64,000 bases of DNA from Alphaproteobacteria bacterium (GTDB lineage: Bacteria; Pseudomonadota; Alphaproteobacteria; Rs-D84), in NCBI GenBank assembly GCA_017511715.1, contig JAFWJF010000002.1, positions 135,781 to 199,780 on the forward strand. The letters are read 5' to 3'. Under the pieces are notes generated by a model. It made no database searches, was not told the DNA's origin, and saw only the letters and a program-made list of their open reading frames with translations. Numbering within the stretch: the stretch's first letter is position 1; every line of letters begins with the position of its first letter. The translations under genes were made by a program, and so were the position numbers. Below, piece after piece: positions 29,964 to 39,805 of the stretch.

Positions 29964-30938
29964 ATGAATCAAAAGTTTATTGATTTTATTACTAAATATA
30001 AAGACCATAAAATGGCGGTTGCCGTCAGTGGTGGCGTTGATTCTGTGTGTTTGCTTTATTGGTTGCATGAAATTGGGGCAGATATTGTTTGTTTACATGT
30101 GAACCATAAATTACGCCCAGAGGCTGACATTGAAACAGAATATGTTGAAAATGTTTGTGAAAAAATGAATATTCCATGTCGCGTTTTTTATTGGGATGCT
30201 GATAAGCCAGAAAACGGATTGGAAGCCGCCGCCCGTGAAGCGCGTTATAAAATGATGACAGATTTTTGTCATAAAAATAATATTGAATATTTGGTGACCG
30301 CACATCAAAGTGATGACCAAATCGAAACTTTTTTAATGAATCTTTCGCGTGGCAGTGGCCTTTATGGTTTGGCGGCGATGATGCCTGAATCAATGCGAAA
30401 TGGTATCAAAATAATTCGTCCATTATTAAATGTATCGCGTGGTGAAATCAAAAAATATTGTGATGATAATAATATCAAATATTTTGTTGATTCTATGAAT
30501 AGTGATGAACATTATACGCGTGTAAAAATTCGTAACAACAGACATTTGTTAAACGATGATTTGGGGATAAGCGATGCGCGGCTTTTATTAGCAATTCAGA
30601 ATTTGTCGCGAACCCGTCAATGGATGGATAAATATATTGATATGCGTATTGAAATGGTTATTCGTTCGTGGGGTGCGTTGTTTGTTGCTTCTTTTTTGTT
30701 TGACGAAGCAGAAGAAATTAGATTAAAGTTCTTGGGAACATTGATTCAGAAAATAGGTGGGGATATTTATCCGATACGCTTGAATTCTTTGCAAAATGCA
30801 CTATCTAAGTTAGGTGCAGATTGCAAGTTTACATTGGGGCATTGTACGATTCGCAGACTTAACGACAGAATCTTGATTGTCCCAGAAGGAAAACGTACAA
30901 GTTTTAGGAAAAGACATGAAAAAAGAAAACATATTTAG
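29964..30938 (+). CDS. tilS: tRNA(Ile)-lysidine synthetase
   Basis: PP-loop AVAVSGGVDSVCLL, then ...VCLHVNHKLRPEADIE... Sits directly upstream of ftsH, a conserved arrangement. Confidence 0.8.
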   Translation: MNQKFIDFITKYKDHKMAVAVSGGVDSVCLLYWLHEIGADIVCLHVNHKLRPEADIETEYVENVCEKMNIPCRVFYWDADKPENGLEAAAREARYKMMTDFCHKNNIEYLVTAHQSDDQIETFLMNLSRGSGLYGLAAMMPESMRNGIKIIRPLLNVSRGEIKKYCDDNNIKYFVDSMNSDEHYTRVKIRNNRHLLNDDLGISDARLLLAIQNLSRTRQWMDKYIDMRIEMVIRSWGALFVASFLFDEAEEIRLKFLGTLIQKIGGDIYPIRLNSLQNALSKLGADCKFTLGHCTIRRLNDRILIVPEGKRTSFRKRHEKRKHI

Positions 30939-32805
30939 AAAAAAAGACGGTTCAAGATTTTATTTAATAATTTTTGTGGTTTTGTTCATCGCGCTTATTG
31001 CGCGTATCGCATATGTTGGTAATGCGAATAAACCGATTGTACAAGATGTTGCAATAAAAAAAGCACCGATTGAATTAACTTTTTCGGATGTTTTGCGTCG
31101 CGCAAACGATATCAAAACAATGGATATTGGCAAAGATAATATTGCAACTGGTGTTTTGAAAGATGGAACGCCATATCGCGCAGTGATTACATACAATCCT
31201 GAATTGTTGGAAAAAATATCTAACAATGGTGCGGTTGTTTCTATTAATAATAAAGATTCAATGTGGGATAATGTTGCAAAATGGTTGCCAATTTTAGTAA
31301 GTGCCTTGTTCCTTATCTGGTTATTAAAAATTTTACGTGGCGGAAGCGGTGGCGGTGGTATCACACGCAGTTTAATTGGGCAAAACCCTACTAAAATCAC
31401 AACAGGAAAAACAAAAACTTCTTTCAAAGATGTCGCAGGCATTGATTCTGAAAAACAAGAATTGATGGAAGTTGTAGAATTCCTTAAAAATAAAGATAAA
31501 TTCAAGGCACTTGGTGCACGTGTGCCACGCGGGATATTGTTGTCTGGTGAACCTGGAACAGGTAAAACTTTGCTGGCACGTGCTGTTGCTGGGGAAGCGA
31601 ACGTTCCGTTTTTTGCCACATCGGGCAGTGATTTTTCGGGTATCATTGTTGGTTTAGGCGTTGCAAAAATCAAAGAGATTTTTGATTTAGCAAAACGTAA
31701 TGCACCATGTATTTTATTTATCGATGAAATTGATGCCATTGGTCAAAGCCGCAGCAAACATTCGCTTAATGACAATGACCGCGAACAAACTCTTAACCAA
31801 TTGTTGATTGAAATGGATGGTTTCTCTAATGATACAGGAATAATTGTTATTGCAGCGACAAATCGTCCTGATATGTTAGACAAGGCTTTGTTGCGTCCTG
31901 GTCGTTTCGACAGACAGATTCATATCGATTTACCGAATCTGGAAGGGCGGCGTGATATTTTGGAATTGCACGCCAAGAAATTCAAGATTGGCGAAAAAGT
32001 TTCTATGATGGATGTTGCGCGCGGAACAACTGGCTTTAGTGGCGCAGATTTGGAAAATCTGTTAAATGAAGCAGCGCTTCATGCTGTTCGTGTCGGACAT
32101 AAAGTTGTTGAACAGAGCGATATAGAAGAAGCGCGTGATAAAATTCTTATGGGACCAAAAAAGAACCGTAAAATGCGCCAGCAAGATATTAAATTAACCG
32201 CCTATCACGAAGCAGGGCATGCTTTTGTTGGTGTGCATTATCGCGATGTCACAGACCCTATTCACAAGGCGACAATTATCCCGCGTGGTCAGGCTTTGGG
32301 TATGGTGCAACACTTGCCTATTGATGACAAGGTATCTATGACATTGGAAGAAGTGCGTGCAGATTTGGCAGTTGATTTGGCAGGACGTGCCGCAGAAGAG
32401 GTTTTCTTTGGTAAAAGTAAAATCACAACCGGCGCGGCAAGTGATATTGAAATGGCAACACATCTGGCGCGTCGTTCTATCACTATGGCAGGTTTGTCTG
32501 AAAAAATTGGTATGGTTGCGATAAATCAAGCAAACACTTTTGGACAAAGAATTGCACTGGAAAACGCTTCTGAAAAAACAGCAGAAGCGGTTGATGCAGA
32601 AATTAGAACGTGGGTTGATAATGCATATAAAGATGCCAAGAATTTGATTTCTAAAAACAAGGCAACTGTGGAAAAATTGGCCAAGGCTTTGTTAGACAAA
32701 GAAACTTTGTCTGGCGAAGAAATTCGTGAAATTGTTTTGGGTAAAAAAGCAACTGTGAAAAAGACATCCGTAAAAACCACAAAAAAATCAAATGCCCAAA
32801 AATAA
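30916..32805 (+). CDS. ftsH: ATP-dependent zinc metalloprotease FtsH
   Basis: Two N-terminal TM segments, AAA+ Walker A GEPGTGKT, Walker B ILFIDEIDA, SRH, zinc motif HEAGHA. AGGAAAAG RBS before ATG 30916; the ORF-track start 30877 is an alternative. Overlaps the tilS 3' end. Confidence 0.9.
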   Translation: MKKENIFRKKDGSRFYLIIFVVLFIALIARIAYVGNANKPIVQDVAIKKAPIELTFSDVLRRANDIKTMDIGKDNIATGVLKDGTPYRAVITYNPELLEKISNNGAVVSINNKDSMWDNVAKWLPILVSALFLIWLLKILRGGSGGGGITRSLIGQNPTKITTGKTKTSFKDVAGIDSEKQELMEVVEFLKNKDKFKALGARVPRGILLSGEPGTGKTLLARAVAGEANVPFFATSGSDFSGIIVGLGVAKIKEIFDLAKRNAPCILFIDEIDAIGQSRSKHSLNDNDREQTLNQLLIEMDGFSNDTGIIVIAATNRPDMLDKALLRPGRFDRQIHIDLPNLEGRRDILELHAKKFKIGEKVSMMDVARGTTGFSGADLENLLNEAALHAVRVGHKVVEQSDIEEARDKILMGPKKNRKMRQQDIKLTAYHEAGHAFVGVHYRDVTDPIHKATIIPRGQALGMVQHLPIDDKVSMTLEEVRADLAVDLAGRAAEEVFFGKSKITTGAASDIEMATHLARRSITMAGLSEKIGMVAINQANTFGQRIALENASEKTAEAVDAEIRTWVDNAYKDAKNLISKNKATVEKLAKALLDKETLSGEEIREIVLGKKATVKKTSVKTTKKSNAQK

Positions 32806-33439
32806 CGATGTGAAATTTGAGGTCTTGCATTTGCCACCAATGAATACAAATTCGTTGTTGGTAAGTGTTGGAAGAGATGCTGTAATTTTTGACGCCTGGG
32901 GTAAAGCAGCCGATTGGGAAAAAGTGCTGTTGGGGCGCGGGTTGAAATTGCAGGCGATATATTCTACGCATGGACATCCTGATCATATATCTGCAGCGCC
33001 TGCGCTGGCATGTGCATTTAATATAGATTGGTTTTTAAGCGACAAAGATAATTATTTAATAGGTTGGGGTAACGAACTGTTAGACATGTTCGGTATCCCA
33101 CATATTCACGATGATTATAAAAAGCCAATTAATTTGTTGCCAGGTACAGTTGAGGTGTTGCCTGGTATCAAGATGGAGATTATGGCGAGTCCGGGGCATA
33201 CACCGGGCGGACTTATGTTCTATTTTCCAGATTATAAAATTTTGTTAACAGGTGACACTTTGTTTGCGGAAAGTTTTGGTCGCTATGATTTTCCAGGGGG
33301 CAGTGCGGAACAATTACAAAAATCGATTCGGAATTTATATAATAAAAATCTTAGTGATGAAACTTATGTTGTTCATGGTCATGGCATGGATACAACGATA
33401 GGATGGCTAAAGCAACATAATCAATTTTTTATAGCGTAA
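32792..33439 (+). CDS. MBL-fold metallo-hydrolase (glyoxalase II-like)
   Basis: STHGHPDH (HxHxDH motif), downstream His/Asp ligands (GHTPG, VVHGHG). Confidence 0.7.
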   Translation: MPKNNDVKFEVLHLPPMNTNSLLVSVGRDAVIFDAWGKAADWEKVLLGRGLKLQAIYSTHGHPDHISAAPALACAFNIDWFLSDKDNYLIGWGNELLDMFGIPHIHDDYKKPINLLPGTVEVLPGIKMEIMASPGHTPGGLMFYFPDYKILLTGDTLFAESFGRYDFPGGSAEQLQKSIRNLYNKNLSDETYVVHGHGMDTTIGWLKQHNQFFIA

Positions 33440-34196
33440 AAACCAAAACGCGGTTTATTCCAGATAAATCTTTTTCGGTGCGTTCGAATTTCCATCCATA
33501 AAAATTGAATATTTTAATAACCTGGGCAGATTGTCCAACGCCAATTTCCAGATAAATCTTGCCGTCTTTTTTTATTAGTTTTTTTGCGTTTTTTGCGATT
33601 TGTTCGTACGCTGCCAACCCATCGTTCCCAGCATAAAGTGCAATTGCTGGGTCGAATTTTGCGTGTGTGTTAACGCGTATATCTCCGTATTTTATATAAG
33701 GAGGATTGGAAACAATGATGTCAAATTTTTCATTAGATTGAAATTTAGAAAAATCTGCGTGTTTAGTTTTTATTTGTTTAGTTAGATTTAGTTTTTTGAT
33801 ATTTTTTTTCGCGACACGCAAAGCTTTTCTCGATTTATCAATTGCGATGCCTGTTGTGTTTGGGATGTTTTTGCAAAGTGCGCATATTATGCAACCTGTG
33901 CCTGTCCCCATGTCTAAAATAGTGCGATTTTTGTCGGCAACGCAATCTTTGATAACCGATTCGACAAGTGTTTCTGTATCTGGACGAGGGTCCAGTGTGT
34001 GTTTGTTTGTGTAAAATTCAATGCCATAAAACCATTTAGAATGAATAATTTTTGCGACAGGCATACCGCGTTTTAATTGATAAGAATAATAAAAAGTGCG
34101 CCACCAAGATAATTTTGGATGCTTGGTTGTGATGATTCTGGCGGCACGAACACCGCCTGATTTTTCAAGAATTGTGAACGCTTGATTTATATTCAT
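33429..34196 (-). CDS. prmC: class I SAM-dependent methyltransferase, HemK/PrmC-like N5-glutamine MTase
   Basis: SAM-binding block DMGTGTGCI and (N/D)PPY motif VSNPPYI. Confidence 0.6.
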   Translation of the reverse strand: MNINQAFTILEKSGGVRAARIITTKHPKLSWWRTFYYSYQLKRGMPVAKIIHSKWFYGIEFYTNKHTLDPRPDTETLVESVIKDCVADKNRTILDMGTGTGCIICALCKNIPNTTGIAIDKSRKALRVAKKNIKKLNLTKQIKTKHADFSKFQSNEKFDIIVSNPPYIKYGDIRVNTHAKFDPAIALYAGNDGLAAYEQIAKNAKKLIKKDGKIYLEIGVGQSAQVIKIFNFYGWKFERTEKDLSGINRVLVFTL

Positions 34197-34217
34197 ATTT
34201 TTATTATAATGTGCGTC

Positions 34218-35543
34218 ATGGAAAAAGCAAAATTAATTATTAAAAAGATGGCAGCCCGGGGGTTAACATCTTGTAAAAAAGTTGGTAATGTTCATACATT
34301 ATCCCGTGTTATTTTAGGGATTGCAATAGTGATGGTGTTAATCGCTGTTGGTGTGGTTTGTTTTTATAAACCTGCCAGAGAGGCTGTGTTTTCCAGCGAA
34401 GTACACACCGTTGTTGATGTAAAGTCTGGGGATACCCTTTCCAAAATATTAGGGGAACAGGGCTTTTCAATACAGGATATAAATGCTATCTCTAAAAACC
34501 TAAAAAAAGATGCTGATTTTGTGACTTTGCGCGCAGGGCGCGATAAGTTTGACTTTGTGCGTGAAAGTGAAAATGCGCCAATTTCCAAAATTGTGATTGA
34601 AAATGGTCCTTGGAATAAAATTGAAATTGATTGCGGGACACCAGATACTTGGCAATGTCAAAAAATAGAAATTGCGCGTGATACACGTGTCGCGTACAAA
34701 CAGGGCGAAATTGCCAATGGCAGCAGTTTCTATTTGTCCGCAATGGACGCTGGCATCCCAGAAGGTATTATTTTGGATGTTTATGATTTGTTGGCTTTTG
34801 AAATGGACTTTGAACGCGATATCAGGGCAGGACAAAAATTCTATGTTTTGTATGAAGAAAATTTTGCTTCTGATAAAAAGGTGGACAATGGGCATGTCTT
34901 GGCGGTGTCTTTTGATGCGTTGCGTGGTAATGTCCAAATGTATCGCTATGTCAAACCAGACGGAAAGTCTGGATATTATGATGCCAATGGAAATGGAGCA
35001 ATCAAATCGTTAAAAAGAACACCGATAAACAATGCGAAAATTACATCTAAATTCTCTGGTGGGCGCAAACATCCTGTTCTTGGGTTTACGCGTGCACACA
35101 AGGGTGTTGATTTCCGTGCACCAACAGGGACACCAATTCCTGCGGCGGGTTCCGGCCGTGTTATTGCGCGCAGTTTTAATCGTGGACATGGCAATTTTGT
35201 AAAGATAAGGCACAATGGGACATTTGAAACTTTGTATGCGCACATGTCTAAATTTGCCAAGGGGGTAAATGTCGGTACGGTCGTACGCCAGGGACAAATT
35301 ATAGGTTATTCTGGTTCTACCGGGCTTTCTACGGGGCCACATTTACATTACGAAGTTATTAAAAACGGTGTGCACGTAAACCCGATGACTGTTAAATTGC
35401 CGGCAATTGATAATTTGGATGCAACAAACAAAAAGATGTTTATGGAACGCAAGGCATTAATAGATTCAACCATTAAATCTTTGGCGGATAATCCAAATCA
35501 AGTGGTTAGATTGGATGGTGATGAAAAAATACAAAAAAAGTGA
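34218..35543 (+). CDS. M23-family peptidase with N-terminal TM anchor
   Basis: C-terminal LytM/M23 domain HKGVDFRAPTGTPIPAAGSGRV...GSTGLSTGPHLHYEV (HxxxD and HxH). TATAAT at 34204-34209 immediately upstream of ATG 34218. Confidence 0.7.
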   Translation: MEKAKLIIKKMAARGLTSCKKVGNVHTLSRVILGIAIVMVLIAVGVVCFYKPAREAVFSSEVHTVVDVKSGDTLSKILGEQGFSIQDINAISKNLKKDADFVTLRAGRDKFDFVRESENAPISKIVIENGPWNKIEIDCGTPDTWQCQKIEIARDTRVAYKQGEIANGSSFYLSAMDAGIPEGIILDVYDLLAFEMDFERDIRAGQKFYVLYEENFASDKKVDNGHVLAVSFDALRGNVQMYRYVKPDGKSGYYDANGNGAIKSLKRTPINNAKITSKFSGGRKHPVLGFTRAHKGVDFRAPTGTPIPAAGSGRVIARSFNRGHGNFVKIRHNGTFETLYAHMSKFAKGVNVGTVVRQGQIIGYSGSTGLSTGPHLHYEVIKNGVHVNPMTVKLPAIDNLDATNKKMFMERKALIDSTIKSLADNPNQVVRLDGDEKIQKK

Positions 35544-35592
35544 AACAAAAAAACATTAGACAAATAAAAAACGCTTCCCTTTTTTTTGTTTT

Positions 35593-35603
35593 GTGATATA
35601 ATG
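35593..35603 (+). promoter_or_regulatory. extended -10 promoter element (TGaTATAAT) inside a motif shared with 39783..39791
   Basis: CTTTTTTTTGTTTTGTGATATAATGCACAAAGAGA. A near-identical block precedes gene 39806. Confidence 0.5.
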
Positions 35604-35633
35604 CACAAAGAGAAACATCAAAAGGTAGGGAAG

Positions 35634-36452
35634 ATGGGCAAACATCTGTGGCTTGTATCTATTTTAATGATGGTTTTTTTGGTGTCTGATGCTGTGGCTG
35701 CGGGTGTGCTTGTGCCTGCTAGCCAGTTCCCGAATTTTGCAAATGGCGAATATATGCAACCGAACATGATTTATCAGAATTCTGCGTTGGCTGTTAATAT
35801 GGATGGTGTTTACGAAGGTGAAGTTTGGGCAAAAGCAGTATATACTGATGGTGCGATTTGTTCGCCGGGTACGTATTTGCCAGCAAATAAAGTGGTTTGC
35901 GAAACGTGTTTAGAAGACAATTATTGTCTAGGTGGGACATTCCTGCTTTCTGCAGAGAATCAAGGAATAACGAGCTGTGTAGATGGTTTATCATCTCCTG
36001 CTGGTGCATCAAGTGCAGATATGTGTGACCTTTTGCATATAACGTGTGATGCAGGAACTTATTTGCCGGCAGGCGCGACAAGTGCAAGAGATTGTGCAAT
36101 TTGTCCAGAAAACAAATATTGTGGTGATGATAATCCAAGAGAGTTTGTTGCAAATGCTGTAGAAGACCAAGGTGTAGCCAGTTGTCCATCTGGTTTGGTT
36201 TCGCCACGGGGAACGACCAGTGTTGGTGGTTGCGGCAAGATAATGCATATCGGGGAAGACGTGTTGTATTTAACGTCTGAACAGCAAACAACACCTGCGT
36301 TAGCAGTGAAATTGGAAGGCAAAGTTTATTATGCAAAAATGACACCAGGTGCAAAGGCGATTAATGAGGCAACTAATACATCTTTAAGAACAAGAGTAGA
36401 TGGAGTAGAATATTCCATTCAAGATAATGTGAAGTTGTACAACAACAAATAA
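35634..36452 (+). CDS. secreted protein with ephrin-receptor-like / GCC2_GCC3-type cysteine repeats (eukaryote-like)
   Basis: Signal peptide MGKHLWLVSILMMVFLVSDAVAA, then repeats CSPGTYLPANKVVCETCLEDNYCLGG / CDAGTYLPAGATSARDCAICPENKYCGDD / CPSGLVSPRGTTSVGGCG, i.e. C.xGTY......C..C....YC.G modules. RBS AAGGTAGGG. ORF-track start 35586 rejected. Confidence 0.55.
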   Translation: MGKHLWLVSILMMVFLVSDAVAAGVLVPASQFPNFANGEYMQPNMIYQNSALAVNMDGVYEGEVWAKAVYTDGAICSPGTYLPANKVVCETCLEDNYCLGGTFLLSAENQGITSCVDGLSSPAGASSADMCDLLHITCDAGTYLPAGATSARDCAICPENKYCGDDNPREFVANAVEDQGVASCPSGLVSPRGTTSVGGCGKIMHIGEDVLYLTSEQQTTPALAVKLEGKVYYAKMTPGAKAINEATNTSLRTRVDGVEYSIQDNVKLYNNK

Positions 36453-36472
36453 TAAACCCAAGAGGAACGATA

Positions 36473-36970
36473 ATGATAAGAAAGTCAATTTTGTTTTTTG
36501 CTATTATGACAGTTTTTGTATCGGTTGATGCATTTGCTGTGGCTAGCGTGAAAAAATTAGGAACAGCCGGTGTTTCAACAAGTGTGGCAAAGCCGGTTAC
36601 TGTATTACCAAAGGCACCAGTCAGTGTACCAAGTGACGATTCGTTCCAGACACGTGTTGCAACGACTCCTGCGGGCAGAATCGCATCGGGCGATGCCAAC
36701 ACACGTTTATCTGCCGGGGTAAGTTCGATTAAAGCAATCAGTGCAGGCAGTCTTTCTAATCTCCCATCTGGCGGTGGAACAAGTCAACATGGAACCGCAG
36801 GGGGGGTGACAGATGTGGTCACATCTGGAACTGGAAATTATGTGACAGACGTTTCAATGCGTGGTGATAACAAGTTGGGTGTGACGAAAACTAATTTGTT
36901 GTATGCGCCTGTGCGTCGTGGTTCTAATAATGCGGTTGTGGATACCGTAGAAATATGGGTTGTTAAATAA
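36473..36970 (+). CDS. secreted hypothetical protein (S/T/G-rich)
   Basis: Signal peptide MIRKSILFFAIMTVFVSVDAFA, GGAAC RBS, terminator follows. Confidence 0.45.
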   Translation: MIRKSILFFAIMTVFVSVDAFAVASVKKLGTAGVSTSVAKPVTVLPKAPVSVPSDDSFQTRVATTPAGRIASGDANTRLSAGVSSIKAISAGSLSNLPSGGGTSQHGTAGGVTDVVTSGTGNYVTDVSMRGDNKLGVTKTNLLYAPVRRGSNNAVVDTVEIWVVK

Positions 36971-36987
36971 TATCATATGTTTGCTCT

Positions 36988-37019
36988 AAAAAACCGCTGA
37001 TATTCAGCGGTTATTTTTT
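36988..37019. terminator. bidirectional rho-independent terminator
   Basis: AAAAAACCGCTGAtattCAGCGGTTATTTTTTT. Confidence 0.7.
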
Positions 37020-37217
37020 TGCGCTTATGAACAGTGCAAATATCCATCCTATAAACGACCACCCAAACATAACCGACCCCATGCGAACGCGCATTTGATC
37101 AAATTTAGAACGATTGTTTGCAGATGCAAGATACATCGGGGTTAAAATAATACAGACCAGAATACCAATAACTGCGATATATTTTAACCCTAACAAAATT
37201 TTTGCTATACTAATCAT
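37011..37217 (-). CDS. small two-TM membrane protein
   Basis: 68 aa with two hydrophobic helices, immediately downstream of eno. Confidence 0.35.
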   Translation of the reverse strand: MISIAKILLGLKYIAVIGILVCIILTPMYLASANNRSKFDQMRVRMGSVMFGWSFIGWIFALFISAKK

Positions 37218-38480
37218 TTATATACCGTATTTTGCGTTTGACCCAAGTTCTTCATCTATACGAATTAATTGATTGTATTTTGCCATTCGGTCTGTGCGTG
37301 ACATAGAACCCGTTTTGATTTGACCTGCATTTGTTGCAACGGCTAAATCTGCAATTGTGGTGTCTTCGGTTTCGCCACTGCGATGAGAAACAATAACCCC
37401 ATAATTAGCATCTTGTGCCATTTTGATTGCGGTTAATGTTTCTGTCAGAGAACCGATTTGGTTAACTTTAATAAGGATTGCGTTTGCGCAGTTGCTTTCA
37501 ATACCTTTTTTTAGGCGAATCGGATTCGTCACAAATAAATCGTCGCCAACCAACTGACATTTGTCCCCAATTTCTGAGGTTAATTTTTTCCATGCATCCC
37601 AATCTTCTTCTGCCAATGCATCTTCGATGGAAATCACAGGGTACTTAGAAATCAATTCTTTGTAAAAATCTATCATTTCGTCAGATGTTTTTTCTGCGCC
37701 CTCAAAATGATAAATTCCATCATGATAAAATTCAGAAGACGCAACGTCCAGACCTATTGATACATCGGCACCCGGGACGTAACCTGCGACTTTGATTGCT
37801 TCGATAATGGTATCTAATGCTTCGTTGCAAGTGTTAAAGTTTGGGGCAAAGCCACCTTCGTCACCAACGTTTGTTGAATGATGTGATTTTTTTAGAATAG
37901 ATTTCAGATTATGAAAAATTTCCGATCCCATACGAATCGCTTCGACTTCGTTTTTTGCGCCGTTTGGGATAATCATAAATTCTTGTGCGTCAAGGCCGTT
38001 ATCTGCGTGTGCGCCGCCGTTAACAATGTTCATCATTGGACGTGGTAAAACACATGGATTAGCATTGCCAAATATATTTGCAATATGCTTATAAAGCGGT
38101 ATCTTTTGTGCGTTTGCTGCCCCGTGCGCAACCGCCAATGATACAGATAAAATCGCGTTCGCGCCAAGTTTCTCTTTGTTTGCTGTGCCATCCAGATTCA
38201 GCATTTTGTTGTCAATATCAGATTGTTTTGATGCATCCATACCAATCAAAGCAGGTGCGATAATTTCGTTTACATTTTTTACGGCATTAAAAACAGATTT
38301 GCCCATATATGTTTTGTCGCCATCGCGCAATTCCAACGCTTCAAATGAACCTGTCGATGCGCCGGATGGAACAGATGCGCGCCCAAATGCGCCCCCGTCT
38401 AACCAAATATCGCATTCAACAGTTGGGTTGCCACGCGAATCCATAATTTGACGTGCATGAATTTTTGTAATAGAAAACAT
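37218..38480 (-). CDS. eno: enolase (phosphopyruvate hydratase)
   Basis: [44 protein letters not shown]..., active-site blocks [17 protein letters not shown] and [12 protein letters not shown]. Confidence 0.95.
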   Translation of the reverse strand: MFSITKIHARQIMDSRGNPTVECDIWLDGGAFGRASVPSGASTGSFEALELRDGDKTYMGKSVFNAVKNVNEIIAPALIGMDASKQSDIDNKMLNLDGTANKEKLGANAILSVSLAVAHGAANAQKIPLYKHIANIFGNANPCVLPRPMMNIVNGGAHADNGLDAQEFMIIPNGAKNEVEAIRMGSEIFHNLKSILKKSHHSTNVGDEGGFAPNFNTCNEALDTIIEAIKVAGYVPGADVSIGLDVASSEFYHDGIYHFEGAEKTSDEMIDFYKELISKYPVISIEDALAEEDWDAWKKLTSEIGDKCQLVGDDLFVTNPIRLKKGIESNCANAILIKVNQIGSLTETLTAIKMAQDANYGVIVSHRSGETEDTTIADLAVATNAGQIKTGSMSRTDRMAKYNQLIRIDEELGSNAKYGI

Positions 38481-38510
38481 TATATAATCTCCCTTTTTCC
38501 TTTTAACAAA

Positions 38511-39242
38511 TTACATAGTGAAATTTTCGCCAAGGTAAACTTTTTTAACCATTTCATCTTTGACAATTTCATCTGTTGTTCCGTGTTTAAGTATTTTTCC
38601 ATCGTGCAATACATAACTGCGGTCTGTGATACCCAGTGTTTCACGAACATTGTGGTCGGTAATAATAACCCCCAAACCACGATGTTTTAATTGAGATACT
38701 AATTCACGAATTTCGTTCACTGCAATAGGATCGATGCCCGCAAAAGGTTCGTCCAGCAGTATAAATTTAGGGTCATTTGCCAATGCGCGTGCAATTTCAA
38801 CGCGTCTGCGTTCGCCGCCTGATAAAGCGGTTGCGGGACTTTTACGTAAAAACGCTATTGAAAATTCATCAAGTAAAGAATTTAATTTTTCTTCGCGTTT
38901 TGAACGATTGGGTTCAACTATTTCAAGTATTGCCATAATGTTATCTTCGACAGACAGACCACGAAAAACGCTGTTTTCTTGGGGCAGATAACCAATGTGC
39001 AGGCGCGAACGTTGATAAAAAGGCAAATGTGTGATATCTTGGGAATTAAGGAATATTTGACCGCTGGACGCCGCCAATTGCCCGGTAATGCAATAAAAAG
39101 CAGTTGTCTTTCCAGCACCGTTCGGTCCCAAAAGTCCGACAGATTCGCCCTGGTTAGCAAGTAATGATATGTCGCGCAAAACAACGCGCTTACCATAATT
39201 TTTTGACAGATGTTCAACTTTTAGTACCGATTTTTTTATCAT
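38511..39242 (-). CDS. lptB: LPS export ABC transporter ATP-binding protein LptB
   Basis: Walker A GPNGAGKTT, ABC signature LSGGERRRVEIARAL, Walker B ILLDEPFAGID, 243 aa. Overlaps the upstream lptC-like gene by 4 nt. Confidence 0.85.
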   Translation of the reverse strand: MIKKSVLKVEHLSKNYGKRVVLRDISLLANQGESVGLLGPNGAGKTTAFYCITGQLAASSGQIFLNSQDITHLPFYQRSRLHIGYLPQENSVFRGLSVEDNIMAILEIVEPNRSKREEKLNSLLDEFSIAFLRKSPATALSGGERRRVEIARALANDPKFILLDEPFAGIDPIAVNEIRELVSQLKHRGLGVIITDHNVRETLGITDRSYVLHDGKILKHGTTDEIVKDEMVKKVYLGENFTM

Positions 39243-39718
39243 AGTTGTATCACCATTTCTTCTGTTAACATTTTATCGCCATTGCTGGAATCGACGCGAA
39301 CATGTCCGCGCAAATTTAATTCTTTGGTTTTTAGATTAAATTGAGCCGTTCTGGCGGAAATTTTATCTGTTATTTTCTTGCCATCTGTTTTGCGAGTCAC
39401 TGTGCCAAATGGTTTTTCAAGAAAAATGATATCTGGTTTTTCGTATTCTTTATGCCCAGATTCAGCGGTTATTTTGAAAGGGTTGCCGTCTTTGTCTGTT
39501 CCAACAAAAGAAGCGTTGGTCATCTTTATCTGGTTTGTCACGATGTCGCGCATGTTTATCGCACTTATTGGTGTCCATAATATTTGTTTAGTTAAAAACG
39601 ACGCAGATACCAGTACCGCAACCATTACCAGCCCCCAGCCCGTAAAGAAAAACTGCCAAAGGCGTGTAAGCCGTTTGTGTTTGGAAATAATAATAAAATT
39701 GCGCTGGTTGTTTTTCAT
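39239..39718 (-). CDS. lptC: LptC-like periplasmic LPS-transport protein (TM-anchored OstA-fold)
   Basis: N-terminal TM segment, then a beta-rich periplasmic domain. Position directly upstream of lptB. Start taken at MKNNQRNF; upstream ATGs in the ORF-track ORF (39799) are possible. Confidence 0.45.
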   Translation of the reverse strand: MKNNQRNFIIISKHKRLTRLWQFFFTGWGLVMVAVLVSASFLTKQILWTPISAINMRDIVTNQIKMTNASFVGTDKDGNPFKITAESGHKEYEKPDIIFLEKPFGTVTRKTDGKKITDKISARTAQFNLKTKELNLRGHVRVDSSNGDKMLTEEMVIQL

Positions 39719-39782
39719 CACATGACAGTGTAGCGATTTATAAATTAAAATGCAATTTTTATATTTATATAATCTTTTTTTT

Positions 39783-39791
39783 GTGATATAA
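39783..39791 (+). promoter_or_regulatory. extended -10 promoter element (TGaTATAAT) inside a motif shared with 35593..35603
   Basis: CTTTTTTTTTGTGATATAATATGCCAAAGAGAG. Confidence 0.5.
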
Positions 39792-39805
39792 TATGCCAAA
39801 GAGAG

